The notes under the pieces were generated by a model. That model searched no databases, was not told the origin of the DNA, and was given only the letters and a program-made list of their open reading frames with translations. Made by a program: the position numbers and the translations under genes. From Azolla caroliniana (taxonomy: Eukaryota > Plantae > Polypodiophyta), in assembly GCA_043228905.1 (NCBI GenBank), contig JBHGNT010000015.1, positions 17,360,001-17,424,000 on the forward strand: a stretch of DNA of 64,000 nt, given 5' to 3'. Shown here piece by piece: positions 46,537 to 61,059 of the stretch. The stretch's first letter is position 1; the number at the start of each line of letters is the position of its first letter.

Positions 46537-49500
46537 TGTTTCTCTCTGCAGAGAGATATTCTTTCCTTCCTTTCTTTATCTCAGATCCGATCCATGGTTT
46601 CTTCCGTCAGGACGTTTTCCGTCCTTTCTTTCTTTATACTTCTCAGATCCGGTCCATCGTTTCAGTCTTCCAAGATATTCCTTTCTCTCTCTCAGATCCG
46701 GTCCATCTGCAAGGAAATTCCGATCTTCCTTATTTTCTGTCAGCTCGTCCGCCTTCCTTTCTTTTTCTCTACGCTCCTGGGCTTTTCTTCGATCTGATTG
46801 GGTGAGGATGGAATAGATCGAGCAACAGAGACAGATGGGGAGAGAGAGAGAGAGAGAGAGAGAGATACACAGAAACCAGAAAAAATGCGATGCACCGAAG
46901 GAGGAGGAGAAGGACGGGACGACGGACAAGCAGAAGCAGAAGCAGGGGATAACGAGAAACCCTAACCCTAACCCTAACCCTAGGATCTGTACAGAGATGG
47001 AATGGACTGGACTGTGTATAGTTTCAAACAAAATAGGCACGAAGGAAAAACAAATGAAATTCCTCAAGTATTTGTTTTTCTTCAATAAATCAACAAAATA
47101 AATAACACAAGGCACACATTAAACATCTGTTTTTTTAATTTGTATTTATCTATTTAAAAAACTCCATTTAAGATATATAATATATATGTATACATACATA
47201 TATGATATATCATATATGATATATGTATGTATAATGTATACATATATATGTAATAATGTATGTATATTTATCTGTTTTTGGACTCTGGTTTTTCTTTTCT
47301 TTTCTTTCTCACGGATATCTATTGGGTCATGAATGGATCGAATGGATGGATGGATGAATGAATGAATGGATGGGATGGATTGGATCATCCATCCATTTCT
47401 TTTCTGGATCAAATGCCATGCCATTCCTTCTTATTCATTGGAATCTCTTGGTTCATCGTTCTACTCGATCTATCGCTCGTTGGCTCATCAATCCAATGTC
47501 TCATGCCTCCCATCCAAACAATGCATCATCTATTTTGCTCTCCGACAATGCGCTTGTTTCAATGGCTTTTGTCCCAGCGTAGGCGCATGCCTACTATGTA
47601 CCCCCTCAACATCCACTACTTCTTCTGCATGTGATCGGAATTGCCACTTTGTTCGCTCTCTCGTGATCAATCACAAATCATTCCATTGACCACATCATGC
47701 CCAACACCCCCCCCCCCCATTGATCATATCAGAAAACCTCACATGGCTATTGTCCCTCAATGTAGACAAATTATGACGATTTATTCTCAACAACTGCTTT
47801 TTATTATCATATGTCGATGGTGAAAGCACCATATCTCCCTAACTTTTGGGTATTCCAAAGGCAATTTGGATGTGGCTTGGCTTGTAAGTTTGTTGGACAA
47901 TGACCATAAAGTCCATGCATTCAATATGTGTATGGGTTACTAGAAACATGCTTATCATTAGTATGTAGCACTCTTCTTTTCTTTAGCCATTTTAGGCTAG
48001 AAAAGTAATGCAAGGTATATGCTCGTCCATGATAAAGGTCATCATCTAACTTCATTCTAACAAAAAGTATTATTAATTGTTGGTCAATGCCTTAAGAACC
48101 TTAATATTATAAGAATGACATTGTGCACCTATAGCTTTAATATTCCTATTGGTGTTTTGTGACCAGGTCTTGTGGATCCTTTCCATTTATTGTAATTGAT
48201 AATCAACAATGATCATCTTGCCTTGCCTTAAGGCTTGTACATGGTCATGTACATTGATTGTAATAAATTTGTAGTATAAATAAACATGCCCTAACTCAAA
48301 GACTTTGTCGTTGTAAGAATAACATTATGTGGGCCTTTGTTTTGTTCTACATTTTACACCTTTCATGTTCTTCTTCAATATAGTTTATGTAAAAAAAACA
48401 TGGACAACTAGTGTCTTATATATGTGGTTGAAATCGTGGCATGAGTGTGTGGGATGCTCGAGCCTTATAACAAGTTTGACATTTTTCCATGCAAAATACA
48501 AGTTGCTCCCAATAATAGGTTAATGCCACAAGCTTAAGACGTCTTTATACTTGCATGCTTTAATCAGTGGATTGAATGCATTTGTCTTCTTATCATTGTA
48601 ACCCAAAATATTTTCTATTTCTTGAGATTCTTATACATCTTCTATCCTTTTAACAGAAAAAAACTTTGTAATGGACTAATGTGATGATTTGATTGCGCTT
48701 TGAAGGTTGTTTATAAATCCAAGTTGTAGTTGACAACATTGCATATGGTTGATTAGTATCATGGGCATCCCAATTGTGTCTTCCAGAGAACCCAAGCATC
48801 TTGTCACGTAGTATTATTAGGACATTATGCTAAGGTTCATACATTGACATGAATGTGCCCTATGTAGTTAGCTGTTGCTATATGCTTAGAAATTGGGTTG
48901 AACTACTTTTCGAATTTTCCTTATTTACTCTAACACTCAATCAAAACCAATAGAATAATTGATCAATAAGAAACCCATACTTATATTGTGTAGGTTATCC
49001 CTTCAAATTATCCAAGTTAATTTAAGATACCCTCCTTATTAGTTTGCATTATATTGACGTATTGAGTGTTTCATTTAACCAAAGATTCAAAGATGATCAT
49101 TCCTACTATGGTCCAAGTTCTTACAAAGCGTCACGCCATAAACCACTTGTAAATCACATTTCTTTATCACTAACTACATTAATTGGTACTTAGTGCACAC
49201 ACAAGCAATAAAGGTTGTATAAACAAAGTGATTAATCCAAGCACCTTACTAGCTTTATGTGCCAAATTTAGATGACGCATCTCGATTCTCAATGAACATG
49301 ACATTGACTACTATCAATATTGAATCATCATCGTTTTCAAAGTTTTGGTAGGACAATAATGAAATCTATTGATATACTTTCAATGACACGTGATAGTCTA
49401 AGGAGACCACTTGTCTTTAGCATTTTAACTTATTAACTAAGTATTATTTGTCATTTACAACATAGGATGATGTGTCATTCTAGTGCAAATATGTTCTTTA

Positions 49501-52500
49501 CCTACATGAAAAGTTTATGCCACGATAGGATGTCCAACAATTGGAACCATGAGGACATTCTTCTACACATTGGCATGTGTCTCATCTTTATATAATACAT
49601 ACCCTTTACATATAGGTAATTCCATTTATATTAGGAATATGCAAGTCGAGCCCATATGTGTTTACAAACATGCCTTGGTGAAGTTAAATGTCTTAAAATA
49701 TGTTTGCATGTGCATCCTAGGTTTGTCCATTTAGGAGGGTTTTCGTCTTGATGATCAAATCTATTTTTTTCGTTTTTGCTCTACATTATTTTGCTTTCAC
49801 GATTTCATGTGGTGGGTATGAGCTTTTGTCTTGTGTCCAAATATTATGAGAATGTGTATATCATTATGTTTATTTAGGTTTTCCATTCCACAATCCCCTT
49901 ATGTTGATTCAATCTCTTATGAAATTGGTGTGCTTTGTTTTCAACATTTCTAATATAGAATGTTGTTAGTATTTTTTATGATTTTGCTACCTTACTTTTG
50001 ACTTTCCTTGTTGTGTCTTCTCTTAGTTGATGCCTACTTTGGATCTTGTATGCCATGTGGACAATTTATTTATCTATGTTGGACTCAATCCCCCCCATGC
50101 TACACGTGCAACACGTGACCCGACCCAAATAGTTACGTAAGTGTTTTATCTCTCGTAATGTGTGAAAGCTCCTTTGGCCTTTCAATTTCTGTTGTGGAAC
50201 GTCGAGCATGTTGCCATCTTTATTGGCATGGATCAAATTCAAAGCTCGATGGATGAAATTGGTCTATTTGCAATTAGCATAATTTGGGGAAATCTACTTT
50301 TGATCCATGTTGGTATTCAAAATTTCTCACTCCAATGTTAATATCCGATGGCATTGGTGGGCACTTATATGCCCTATATTTGGGCGTTTCTGCTTCAACA
50401 TGATGTACTTTTTTTTATGTATTTTAACATACGTTCAAGTTTCCCACCCACTAGAAAAATAGTGTTTGTGTGTGTAAGTGTGAAAGCAAAGGAAAATCAA
50501 AGCATTGGAAAACACGAAAGTTTAAGCTTGAAAGAAACTTATTCTGTTTTCTTTTGTCTATACATTCGAGGACAATCAACGTCTTCAAGAAAAAGTTTAA
50601 AACCTCATCAAAGATTTTGAGGCAAAAATGGAAGAGAATACGAGAGAGTAACTTAAGCTCATCGTCCCCCTTGGTTGTGCATACAACAACTGCCATAATA
50701 GGCAACATCCTCGCAATCCCTTTATCCTCCCCTATGCTCCAAACAAGACATATCAACCATGGTGACAGGAGCCCAAGTTTGTGGGTTTAGTTCAACTCCT
50801 ACCTATTCACGGTGATGTGTGTGTGTATATATATATAGTGTCATGACTTAATATTACTATTCTTAATCCACATTCATATAATTTTAAAAATCCACGTGTA
50901 TTTTGTTAGTTGGTATGGTGGTTGACCTCAGGGTTGACAACTCAAAAATCATGTCCATTTTGAATTTCTTATTGGCTCTTGGATTTATCACAAAAGCTCC
51001 ATATTCCCATGCTTCATTGTGATAGTTGAGATTTTGTAGAGGATCCAATCTTTTGCCTCTCTCACACTCTTTGCTTTATTTCGTCCATCTTAAATCTTGC
51101 AAGCTTCATTCAAATCGATGACGTCTTGACACTTTCCGCGAAGACTTTTCCTATAAAATTCATATGTATTCTTTTTACGAGAGACACTGAGCTAAATTTC
51201 ATGTTAGTGTGAAGTTTAATCAAATCGATTTCCTACAAGATGTATGCCCTAATGGTTGAGCACAACTTCAATTTGGGTTCCACGCCATTACTATCACCTC
51301 CTTTTAAGAACATAGATAAGAGACCCCGCCTCTTTTTATAAGTTCAATAACTCAAATGCCCAAATTCTCTCTTCCATAAAACCATACCGTCTTGGAGCAA
51401 TAGTGATTTCAAAATCACCTGTACTTGTGCCTACAAGAATATTTCATTACACTTTTGAAGAGTGGTGTCTTTGGAAACAATTAGCTTCAATGTTTGAAAA
51501 CCTCGTATTTGTTTCTCAAAGTTCTCGCATTTTGCGTTTAATTTATTTGCTAATGTACTTGATATTTTACCACAATTTGAATAACTTTGCAATGAGCTTT
51601 GAAACACCCAAGAATGTTTGCAAAACCTCATACATTTCTAGGTTCCACCTACAATTTAGAATATCTTCTACTTTCTTGATATCAACAATGAATGCCAACC
51701 TTAGTATGGAAAATATGCATTTTGATTTCCTCAAAAAGTAACTCGATAATTACAAAGCAAGTAAAAATAGATCTTCTTCACAAAATAACCTGAATATTTT
51801 ATCTTCTTTTTATTGTAAACCATGTATGATCCAAGTACACAATCTTGATGTCTGAGGTTCCAAGTTGTATACTTTGGATAAATGATCTTTATCCATTAAT
51901 CAATGAAGAGTCATTGACTATCACAGTCTCCAAAGCAATCCCCCATGCCATAGTATGAACCATACGTACCATACGTGCGTTCGCCTTAGCGAATGTTTCA
52001 ATAATTCGAATAGGGTAAATACCCTCGAAGAATGGTAAATACCATACTTTTGGATTAACTATTTATTATAAGGTAAATAAACCTAAAAAAAGGAAAAATA
52101 AACCTTAAAAAAGGGGGGGAGGAACAAAAAAACACACACAAGAATGTTTGAATAACATTTGCATTCGTTCTCCAACATATGAAAATGAATGTTATGCTAG
52201 ACGAACACGAATTTTACGTACTATGCCCCATGCAATCCTCGGGAATCACCGTATTGACCCTATTGAATATTGATACAAGGAAATGATGAGAACATGGATG
52301 AGGCATGGAAAGAAAGAAAGCTCACCTCCATAGTTAAGAAGCTTTCCTACACTTGCTCACCGAAAGAAATTCCACATCCATACTATGAACATTTATATTC
52401 CTTAGATTCTAGGTTCAACCATACAAATTTGAGGTTTAATACATGGCATTGACGATTTCTACAATAGTGACAATGATGATGGCACAATTTGTCAATACTT

Positions 52501-53528
52501 TACGGAGCCCACCAATGAAGGGTATCAAGGTTCATCTGAGTAATTTTCTCTTTATTTAGTAGGTTACCACCCCAACCCTTCAATAATCATCCAATTCATT
52601 TTCTAGGTTTTGAAGTAGAATTGACAATCAAATTTCTTGTGTATCAACAACTCCACACAATGAGACTTCTTGTTGGGACTCCCTCCATGTTATTGGCATA
52701 AGTCCAAACATGTTGCTAAAGGCAACTTGGCCACCATCATACATTTGAAATAGATACTTTCTTTCCTATCAAATGTATGTAAGATTGCCAATTTGCATCC
52801 AGAAGAGTTGTCAACATTGATTCGAACATTGATGACAACCAATCGAGCTCTTTCACCAACTAATGTATGGTTAAAGCCAAGTGATTGAGGTTTGACTTTT
52901 TTTTTCTGAGAGATCATTAAATATTGGTCATCAAAGACTAAGACGATTTGTTAGGTGGCCCTCTCTTCATTTATTGATCATTATAATTCTCCCCACAAAA
53001 CGTTTGTGGATGTCAATGGAAGGAGAAAGACAAACACCCTTTTGTTTCGAAAGCCATCAAGCTTATGAAAATATTGTACTAGAAGCTTTAAAATTGAGGT
53101 TGACATAAATGCTCAACTGAACACTGACACCTTGAAAGCTCAAACTTTAGTAGCTAACAAGTTCTCAAATGGCATAATTCATGTCAGAGTGGATATGTAG
53201 ATAGTTGAAAGGAGGGGAAAGACCAAAGATACCCATTGAGCTTTCTTGGAATGGATGCACATGTTTATTACTCTTGAAATGGCCCCAACTAGGTGAACCA
53301 TCAAAAGAGAGAAAAAGGGAATGGCTTGGACCACAATTTGATTTGTTGAAACCCCTCATATATTTGGGGAGAAGGAGATGATAGACAATGGAGTAGCACA
53401 AACATTCCTAAACCCTTTAACTCCCTTGATGGGTTTGCCAAGGGACATTTGGAGAAATTGAAAAAAACTTGATGATATATATTGACTCTTGATGATAAGG
53501 AGATAGTTTGACAACGGAGTGGTGCATA

Positions 53529-53765
53529 CAATACTAAACACTAAACACTAAGCATTGAACATTGAAGGCGAAACACTAAACATTAAACACTAAACATCGA
53601 TCGTTGAAAATCGAACACGAAAGACTAAATGTCGAATGCTGAACATTGAACACTAGACACTGGACACCAAACACTTAAGACTAACTGCTAAACGTTGAAC
53701 ATTGAACATTAAACATTAAGCAAACACTAAAGGCTAAAAGGCTAAAGGCTAAACCCTAAACCCTT
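53529..53765. repeat. Degenerate 7-mer (CTAAACA/CTAAACC) telomere-like array
   Basis: About 30 phased 7-mers ending in CTAAACCCTAAACCC. Confidence 0.6.
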
Positions 53766-54568
53766 GCCTTGCTGAGGGGCATTTGGAGAAATATATTAAA
53801 ACCGGAGGGTCATTTCGAGGGTTAGAGAAAGGCGAGGAAATTCAATCAATTTCTGATGAGTTTTTTAAATCTTCGATGGATCACGATTCACACGTAAAAT
53901 TCAAATTCCAACGGCTTAAAGTTTCTTTTTATATTTATATATAGTATATTTACTTGAAAAACCAGAAATTTTTTATTAAGAAATTCAAAGTTGTAAAAGT
54001 GAAAATTATAAAAGACGAAGAGCAAGCGAATTATATCAAACAAGAAAACATGAAAAACACAAAAAGCTCGAAAAAATAAGCAAAAAGAAGAAGAAGAAGT
54101 AAACAAATAAATGAAAATATATGTAACTTAATAAATAAAGGAATGAATAAATTAATGAGTAAAGAAAGAAATAAATGAATATATATACATATATATATAT
54201 AAATAATGAAATGAATTATAAACAAACAAATATATAAATAAATAATAAATAAGTAAATAAGTAAATAAAAAAATAGAATAAATAACTAAATAAACTAAAT
54301 AAAAAGAAAGAATAAATTACTAAATAAAATAAATAAATAAAATAGAATAAATTACTAAATAAACTAAATAAATAAAATAGAATACATAAATTACTAAATA
54401 AAATAAATAAATAAAAATAGAATAAATAACTAAATAAAAAAATAGAATAAATTACTAAATAAAATAAATAAAAAATAGAATAAATAACTAAATAAAAAAA
54501 TAAAAAAATAGAATAAATAACTAAATAAAAAAAAGAAAAAAAAGAAAAAAAAACTAAATAAAATAAAC

Positions 54569-54599
<31 letters not shown>

Positions 54600-55072
54600 A
54601 ATAAAAATTATTATTATTGTTTTTATTTTTATTTGGTTCTTTCAGTCTACCATTGCCTTCCTTCTTGTCAGCTGCTGCTGTTGCTGCAGAAGAAGAAGAA
54701 GAAGAAGAAGGAAGGAAGGAAGGAAGGAAGAAAGACAGAAGCATAGAAGGCAGATTGTCATTTTGCCGCAGAAGAAAGAAGAGGAAGGAAGAAAGGAGGA
54801 AGATTGCCATTTGCTGCAGGAGCAAGGGGGAATGAAGAAGGAAGATTGTCTGTATTTTCTGCAGAAGAAGGAAGAAGGAAGAATCCTCCGTTGATTGTCA
54901 ATTTGCAGAGATAATGGTAAAGGAATCCGAAGCTTTCTCAGGACGAAGAATTATAGGCGCACATTCTGCTACTTATATGTATCTTGCGTTATTCTTGTAT
55001 ATGTGAACAAATTCAGATCTTGCCAAAGTTCTTCCATTTGCTGATCTCCATTGTTGCCGAGATCACCGGGAG

Positions 55073-55097
55073 GAAGAAGAAGAAGAAGAAGAAGAAG

Positions 55098-55126
<29 letters not shown>
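55073..55126. repeat. (GAA)n microsatellite upstream of the MYB gene
   Basis: About 18 GAA units. Confidence 0.9.
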
Positions 55127-55128
<2 letters not shown>

Positions 55129-55450
55129 GTTTTTCTTTTTACTGATATAATCATAAGTCGAAGGAAGATGCTATGGAACTCTTCTAGTTCTTTATCAGTA
55201 AGGCTCTTCCATTTTTCTCCATTGATAGCACATGTTTTAATCCTCGTTGCAGGAGGTTAAACGGAGACCTCTTTCTGATTTAGGTTTTGTATACCTCTTC
55301 TTCTTGATATTTTTGTTTTTTCTTTATTCTGCACAGTTCGGCCACTTATCAGAGATACCATCCCCATTAATTTGCTCGTTATAACCTAATCAGAAACGAA
55401 GCCTTCTGCTACTGTATGAGGAAGCAGTCAAAGAAATTTACAGCTTCTTG

Positions 55451-55790
55451 CTCAAGTTTATGGTTTTTGCGTATATATCAACATCTGATAAGCCAATAAT
55501 CTTCCTCTTTCTTATCAGAATCTTTATCGTAGGAGGTTTCCATTGCCGATCACTAAGCTTTCAACCTGCGATGAAGTAATGTAGAAGAAGGAACGCACCT
55601 CTTCCTCTCCTTGCTGAGAGTCAAGTTTATGGTTTTTGCGTAAATATCAACATCTGATAAGCCAATAATGTTCCTCTTCCTTCTCAGAATCTTTATCGTA
55701 GGAGGTTTCCATTGCCGATCACTAAGCTTTCAACCTGCGATGAAGTAATGTAGAAGAAGGAACGCACCTCTTCCTCTCCTTGCTGAGAGT
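55451..55790. repeat. About 169-bp tandem duplication upstream of the MYB coding region
   Basis: TCAAGTTTATGGTTTTTGCG..CCTTGCTGAGAG occurs twice. Confidence 0.88.
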
Positions 55791-55957
55791 CTCCATTCTG
55801 TGATCGGAGTTCTTCATTTTCCGTTTGAAAAGCTTTATCTTTCTATATAACACGAAGCAAAACTCGTTGGAAGGCCTGTTCTTGGTCTCAAGAGTCTATT
55901 TTCTCTCTGTTCCACACAGACTATGGACTGAGATGAGGGCGATGGAGTAGCAAAGGT

Positions 55958-58900
55958 ATGCCCGACCATATCTATCATGCAATAGAGGAGAAGGAGGAGG
56001 TTCAGAAGTTTGAAGGACGATCCGTATGTATGGAGAAAGATATGCAGGAGGTGGAGCGGAAGCTACCAATTGCAGATCAGGCAGAAACAACGTCACTGAT
56101 GGGAATGAAGAAGAAGATGGCTATGAATACGACAAAGACGAAGGCGAAGACGACGAGAATGAGGAGGAAAGGACCATGGACTGCAGAAGAGGATGCAATG
56201 CTGTTGGAATACGTGAGGGAGCATGGGGATGGCAATTGGAACTGTGTGGAGAGGCGGCTGTCGGGGGTGATGAGGTGCGGGAAGAGCTGCCGCCTTCGGT
56301 GGACGAACCAGCTGAGGCCTGGCCTCATTAAAGGGCCGCTCAGCCTGCAGGAGGAGCGGGTGGTCATCGAGCAGCATGCCCTCCTGGGGAACCGATGGGC
56401 CCGCATAGCAGCCATGGTGAGTGAGCTTGTATTAATCACTTGCAGCATTATATATATGTATATATGCATAGCATATCACATAGCAGAGAGAAAGAATGTG
56501 ATGTTGATGATATCTGTGTCCGAGTTTCAGCATAAGCAACCATGGTGAGTGAAGTAAAGTGAGAATGTATCAATCACCTGCAGCATTATATAACATAGTA
56601 TTATATATATGTATGTATATATGCATAGCATATCACATAGCTGAGAGAAAGAATGTGATGTTGATGATATCTGTGTCTGAGTTTCAGCATAAGCAACCAT
56701 GGTGAGTGAAGTAAAGTGAGCATGTATCAATCACTTGCAGCATTATATAACACAGCATTATATACATATATATGCATATCATATCACATAGCAGAGAGAA
56801 AGAATGTGATGTTGATGATATCTGTGTCTGAGTTTCAGCATAAGCAACCATGGTGAGTGAAGTAAAGTGAGAATGTATCAATCACCTGCAGCATTATATA
56901 ACATAGTATTATATATATGTATGTATATATGCATAGCATATCACATAGCTGAGAGAAAGAATGTGATGTTGATGATATCTGTGTCTGAGTTTCAGCATAA
57001 GCAACCATGGTGAGTGAAGTAAAGTGAGCATGTATCAATCACTTGCAGCATTATATAACACAGAATTATATACATATATATGCATAGCATATCACATAGC
57101 AGAGAGAAAGAATGTGATGTTGATGATATCTGTGTCTGAGTTTCAGCATAAGCAACCATGGTGAGTGAAGTAAAGTGAGCATGTATCAATCACTTGCAGC
57201 ATTATATAACACAGCATTATATACATATATATGCATAGCATACCACATAGCAGAGAGAAAGAATGTGATGTTGATGATATCTGTGTCCGAATTTCAGCAT
57301 AAGCAGCCATGGTGAGTGAAGTAAAGTGAGAATGTATCAATCACCTGCAGCATTATATAACATAGCATTATATACATATATATGCATAGCATACCACATA
57401 GCAGAGAGAAAGAATGTGATGTTGATGATATCTATGTCTGAGTTTCAGCATATCTTTCTCATTTTTCCGGGTCTGGAATCCTAACCTGCATTTTTCTCGT
57501 TTTTTCCTTTAACCTGTTACAGCTTCCTGGACGCACAGATAATGAAATCAAGAACTTTTGGAACACTCGGATGAAGAGGCACTTGAGAGCAGGTAAGCCT
57601 CTTTACCCTCCTGATGTGAAACCTTCAGTTTCCTCCATCGCCATATCTCGATTACCTGTGGAAGGAGAAGAAAAAGAAGAAGATGAAGAAGAGGTACAAA
57701 CAAAAAAAGAGATATTACCTTCAAGTGCAGAACTGCACGACATCAAGGTCACAGTTTATCGCTCTAACTCCACAAGCCCTAATAACACGAGAAAACGGGT
57801 AATTTCCTCCGTTCCTGTAGCTAGGGCAAGCAGCTTCTCACCTATGTTAGATGCTGGGGTATCTTTCAATGGATTATCTGCAGAATTATCGGAGGAGAGG
57901 TCTGTCTACCGTTCAAAACGTTCATGTCTGGAAAGGTCAACTGCCATTGCCTCTGCGAGAAACCACCACCTATCACAAGATTTCCATGGCTCCCATAAAA
58001 AACTATCATCAATTTCCAGTGAACAGGCTCATACTCTGTCTCCAACTGCATTTGTTAACTCGAAGGTTGATCTCATGACTTTACATAACAAGAAGAAGCC
58101 GGGGTTTGTTACCAATGAGAGCTGTAGCAGTAGATCCATGGCAAGAAGCTATTTTCCCTTCACGATAAATAATAAAAGTAGCAATAGTAATAGTAATAGT
58201 AATAGTAATAGCAGCAGTAGTAGTAGCAGTAAGAATGATAAATTCTTTGTAGAGCTCCCTTCAGTCCAAATGGCAGAATCTCACGATAGCAATTCCAATG
58301 CATTCTGCACAAATTTCCTCCTCTCTGATGATGAATATAGCTTTAATGGCTCCTCCACAAGCGACGGGCCACTTGTAGACAGATCAAAGCATGATGGAGA
58401 TCCCCTCGTCATGGATGTGCTCCTTGATCAAGAAGACCAGAATGTTACGTCTAATAACAACATTGTTGAGCAATTCCTCGTGTACACTTCTACCACTGCC
58501 TCTTCTCCGATTAGGGTTAATGTCGCTTCTTCAGAAAACCATACTCGGATCACTGGTGATATGAATGGTGATCCTCTCTCTCTTCTCTGTGGCCAGTCAC
58601 TCACGTTTCTCAGCAATCACTTGGTGCCTGGTTTGAAATCAGATGATTCATCATCCAATACACGTGAAGGTTCCACCTTCTCAGCACAGTTCCCTGTAGC
58701 AGGTAAACGTACATTGTTTTTGCAAAACCTCTGATGATTCCTGTATTAACACGCCATTCACTGTGTACCTATCATGAATCATGGGCTCTTTCTTACATTG
58801 AATAACGACGCATACATAGAAGGCACATGTTTGGTTTTCTGAAAGAGGGGTAATGTACAAGTAAAGTTGATCATAGAGAGGTAGACTGTAACTGGATATC

Positions 58901-59660
58901 GACCCATGAACACCTTCATATGACATAGGACTCTAGTATGAGATAAGTGTCGTCTGCAGTGAATATTGTGCTTGATTTCGGGCCATGATACCTATTGGAG
59001 CTCAAACTATACTGATTGGAAGAACTTATAAATTTCCACTTCAATTTGCTAGCCATACTCGTTGGAAGAACGTTCGCTCTTGCATGTTTTGGAACTAATC
59101 CTGTTGCATTTGCTGAAAAATCAGACATGTTTTAGAATGCTTTAGGCTTGCAAATCTGCATTTCATGGAGTTTTTGGATACATATATGTATATGTATGTT
59201 TTTTTGCTTGGTTTTGTTAGTTGTAATAAACAATACCTGACTCATCTGCTCTTTAATGCCGAGCTCCACAGGAAATGACATCTCGTACCTCAAGCTCGTT
59301 AATCATACAACTACAACGATGAACACTGAAGATCCAAGCGTTGAGCTATATAATTCAGATGATGAGTTATTCACATGGCTCGCATTTGAGAGGCCAGACG
59401 AGTTGCCTATTGCAGATTTGTATGAGAAAGGAGCTGAAGTACCAGATAAGCAAGAAGAACAAGAGATGGATGGTTACCCAAGGGAGCTCATAGAAGCAAT
59501 GTCTGGATGTAATTCTTCTGCTCATGATTCTAAGCACGTAATGATGGAAGGAAATGGTGGATGGGAAGTCGGTTCATTCATGTGGGATTCCATGCCTCCT
59601 ACTCTAGAAATCGACGAATTTCCTTGTGTTATTTCTGAATCCGCATCCGGAGATGTCTGA
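55958..59660 (+). CDS. GAMYB: GAMYB-like R2R3-MYB transcription factor; exons 55958-56416, 57523-58702, 59272-59660 (start codon uncertain)
   Basis: KGPWTAEED..CGKSCRLRW..GNRWARIAAM|LPGRTDNEIKNFWNTR with the GAMYB-type intron position, RAGKPLYP box, ELPSVQ miRNA site, C-terminal WDSMP box. Confidence 0.87.
56417..57451. repeat. Intronic tandem repeat, 7 units of 128-157 bp
   Basis: Recurring CCATGGTGAGTGA..TGAGTTTCAGCAT units with periods 128, 157, 151, 157, 151, 151. Confidence 0.93.
58250..58270 (+). promoter_or_regulatory. miR159/miR319 target site
   Basis: TAGAGCTCCCTTCAGTCCAAA; one G:U wobble against canonical miR159. Confidence 0.9.
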
Positions 59661-61059
59661 ATGTTCTCGGATCGATTTCCGCAGATTTGATCATGTAAGC
59701 TTGCATGCAACTGAGTGAATGTTTCAGGTTATGCTAATCGGTGACAACCATTCCCATGTCGGATTGATTTCCGCAGATTGATCATGTAAGCTTGCAGGCA
59801 ACTGAGTGATGTTTCAGGTTATGTGCTAATTGGTGACAACCATTCCCATAGTCAGATGGAAAATGTACATTCTTGGACTATTTGTTCTTTGCATCCTCTT
59901 GACTTGTTTTGCTGCATCCTTTTCTTTACTCTTGTAATGGTGACCAGTGCCATCTTCATCTTCATGTTAATCCATCCATACTAGTAGCCATTGTCATTCC
60001 TATGGGTGGTAGAGGGAGTCCACCTTATCGGAATGCAGATATCGGCGACAAACTTTTTTGATGACCCACTATGCCATGGTAACAACCTAAGTGAGGAGCT
60101 TACGGCTAAGCCAATCGACACGAGCATTGGAAACAATGTCATGGGCAACATAATTCGAGAAACCACCACCACCATGATTCACACCCCACATATGGATTCC
60201 CCAAATCCTTTTTTAGTGAGCATTCAAGGGAATCAACGCCTATCTATCTTGAACTTCTCAGGGCATGGTTTAAAACCACCCATTCTCTCCATGGTTTCTC
60301 AGCTGTGATTAAATAGGAAAGCTCCAATTTTGTCAAACCATTAGTGTTCAATGAGATCTAAATATTTGGAGATCTGTCCATGGTTCTTACGCAACAACAT
60401 ATATCGCGTAGAAAGTGACGAGCTTGGATCACTTTTTCTTGTTTATATACTTTCTCTCAAGCTTGACGGATCAAGATATTGTAGATGAAGCGCCATTGAA
60501 AATTGCCCGAGTTTTTCGGCTTTGGCCAGTCAGGTTATGTTGGAGATCAATGTCTTTAGCTATTATTTGCTCTTGGGTGTAGTGGTAGTGCTCCTTCATT
60601 ATATATCTCAAGGCTTTAAGCAATTGCGTATCAACTTCATATATTTGATTTAAACAAGCAAGTGTTCTAGTCATTGATGAACCATTCTGCTTTAATGGTA
60701 ATCATCTACATTTTCTTGTAATCTAGTTCTTATGGTTAATAGAACTACATTCTCTTCTTTTCTTATTCTCTTCTATCATTCTATCTTGTTTTTGGCTATG
60801 GCTCTCACAGATGCTTGTAGATCTATGCATGTTGCTTTCATCTACAAGCCAAGATATGTGTCATTGAAGATTCATTGAAAAATTGGCCTAATCAATGTAT
60901 TTGTAGCCTTTGAGTTGGGTCAAGATTCCCACTTCCTAGCATATGTTGTGATTCATGATGCCACTCATATATTGCATCACCCTCTTAGTGTAATTGAAAT
61001 TCTACATGTGAATAAACTTTCACGATACCATGTAATTTGGCCGTTATCAAGAAAGTGAA

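Noticed and set aside
46405-47115. Overlapping ORFs upstream of the DeSI-like start
   Set aside because: Low-complexity UTR or promoter sequence with short repeats
48400-48800. Possible Helitron Rep motif (PHTH) on the minus strand
   Set aside because: Too degenerate to support without a profile search
54030-54610. Long A-rich AATAA/ACTAAATA stretch
   Set aside because: Simple low-complexity repeat with no further structure seen
56417-57451. CRISPR-like array or repeated small peptides (65-67 aa minus-strand ORFs)
   Set aside because: Whole units repeat with no unique spacers, the context is a eukaryotic intron, and the ORFs are by-products of the repeat
59219-59240. Acceptor AG at 59219-59220 for MYB exon 3
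   Set aside because: Gives an in-frame TGA at 59238; the acceptor at 59270-59271 keeps the frame
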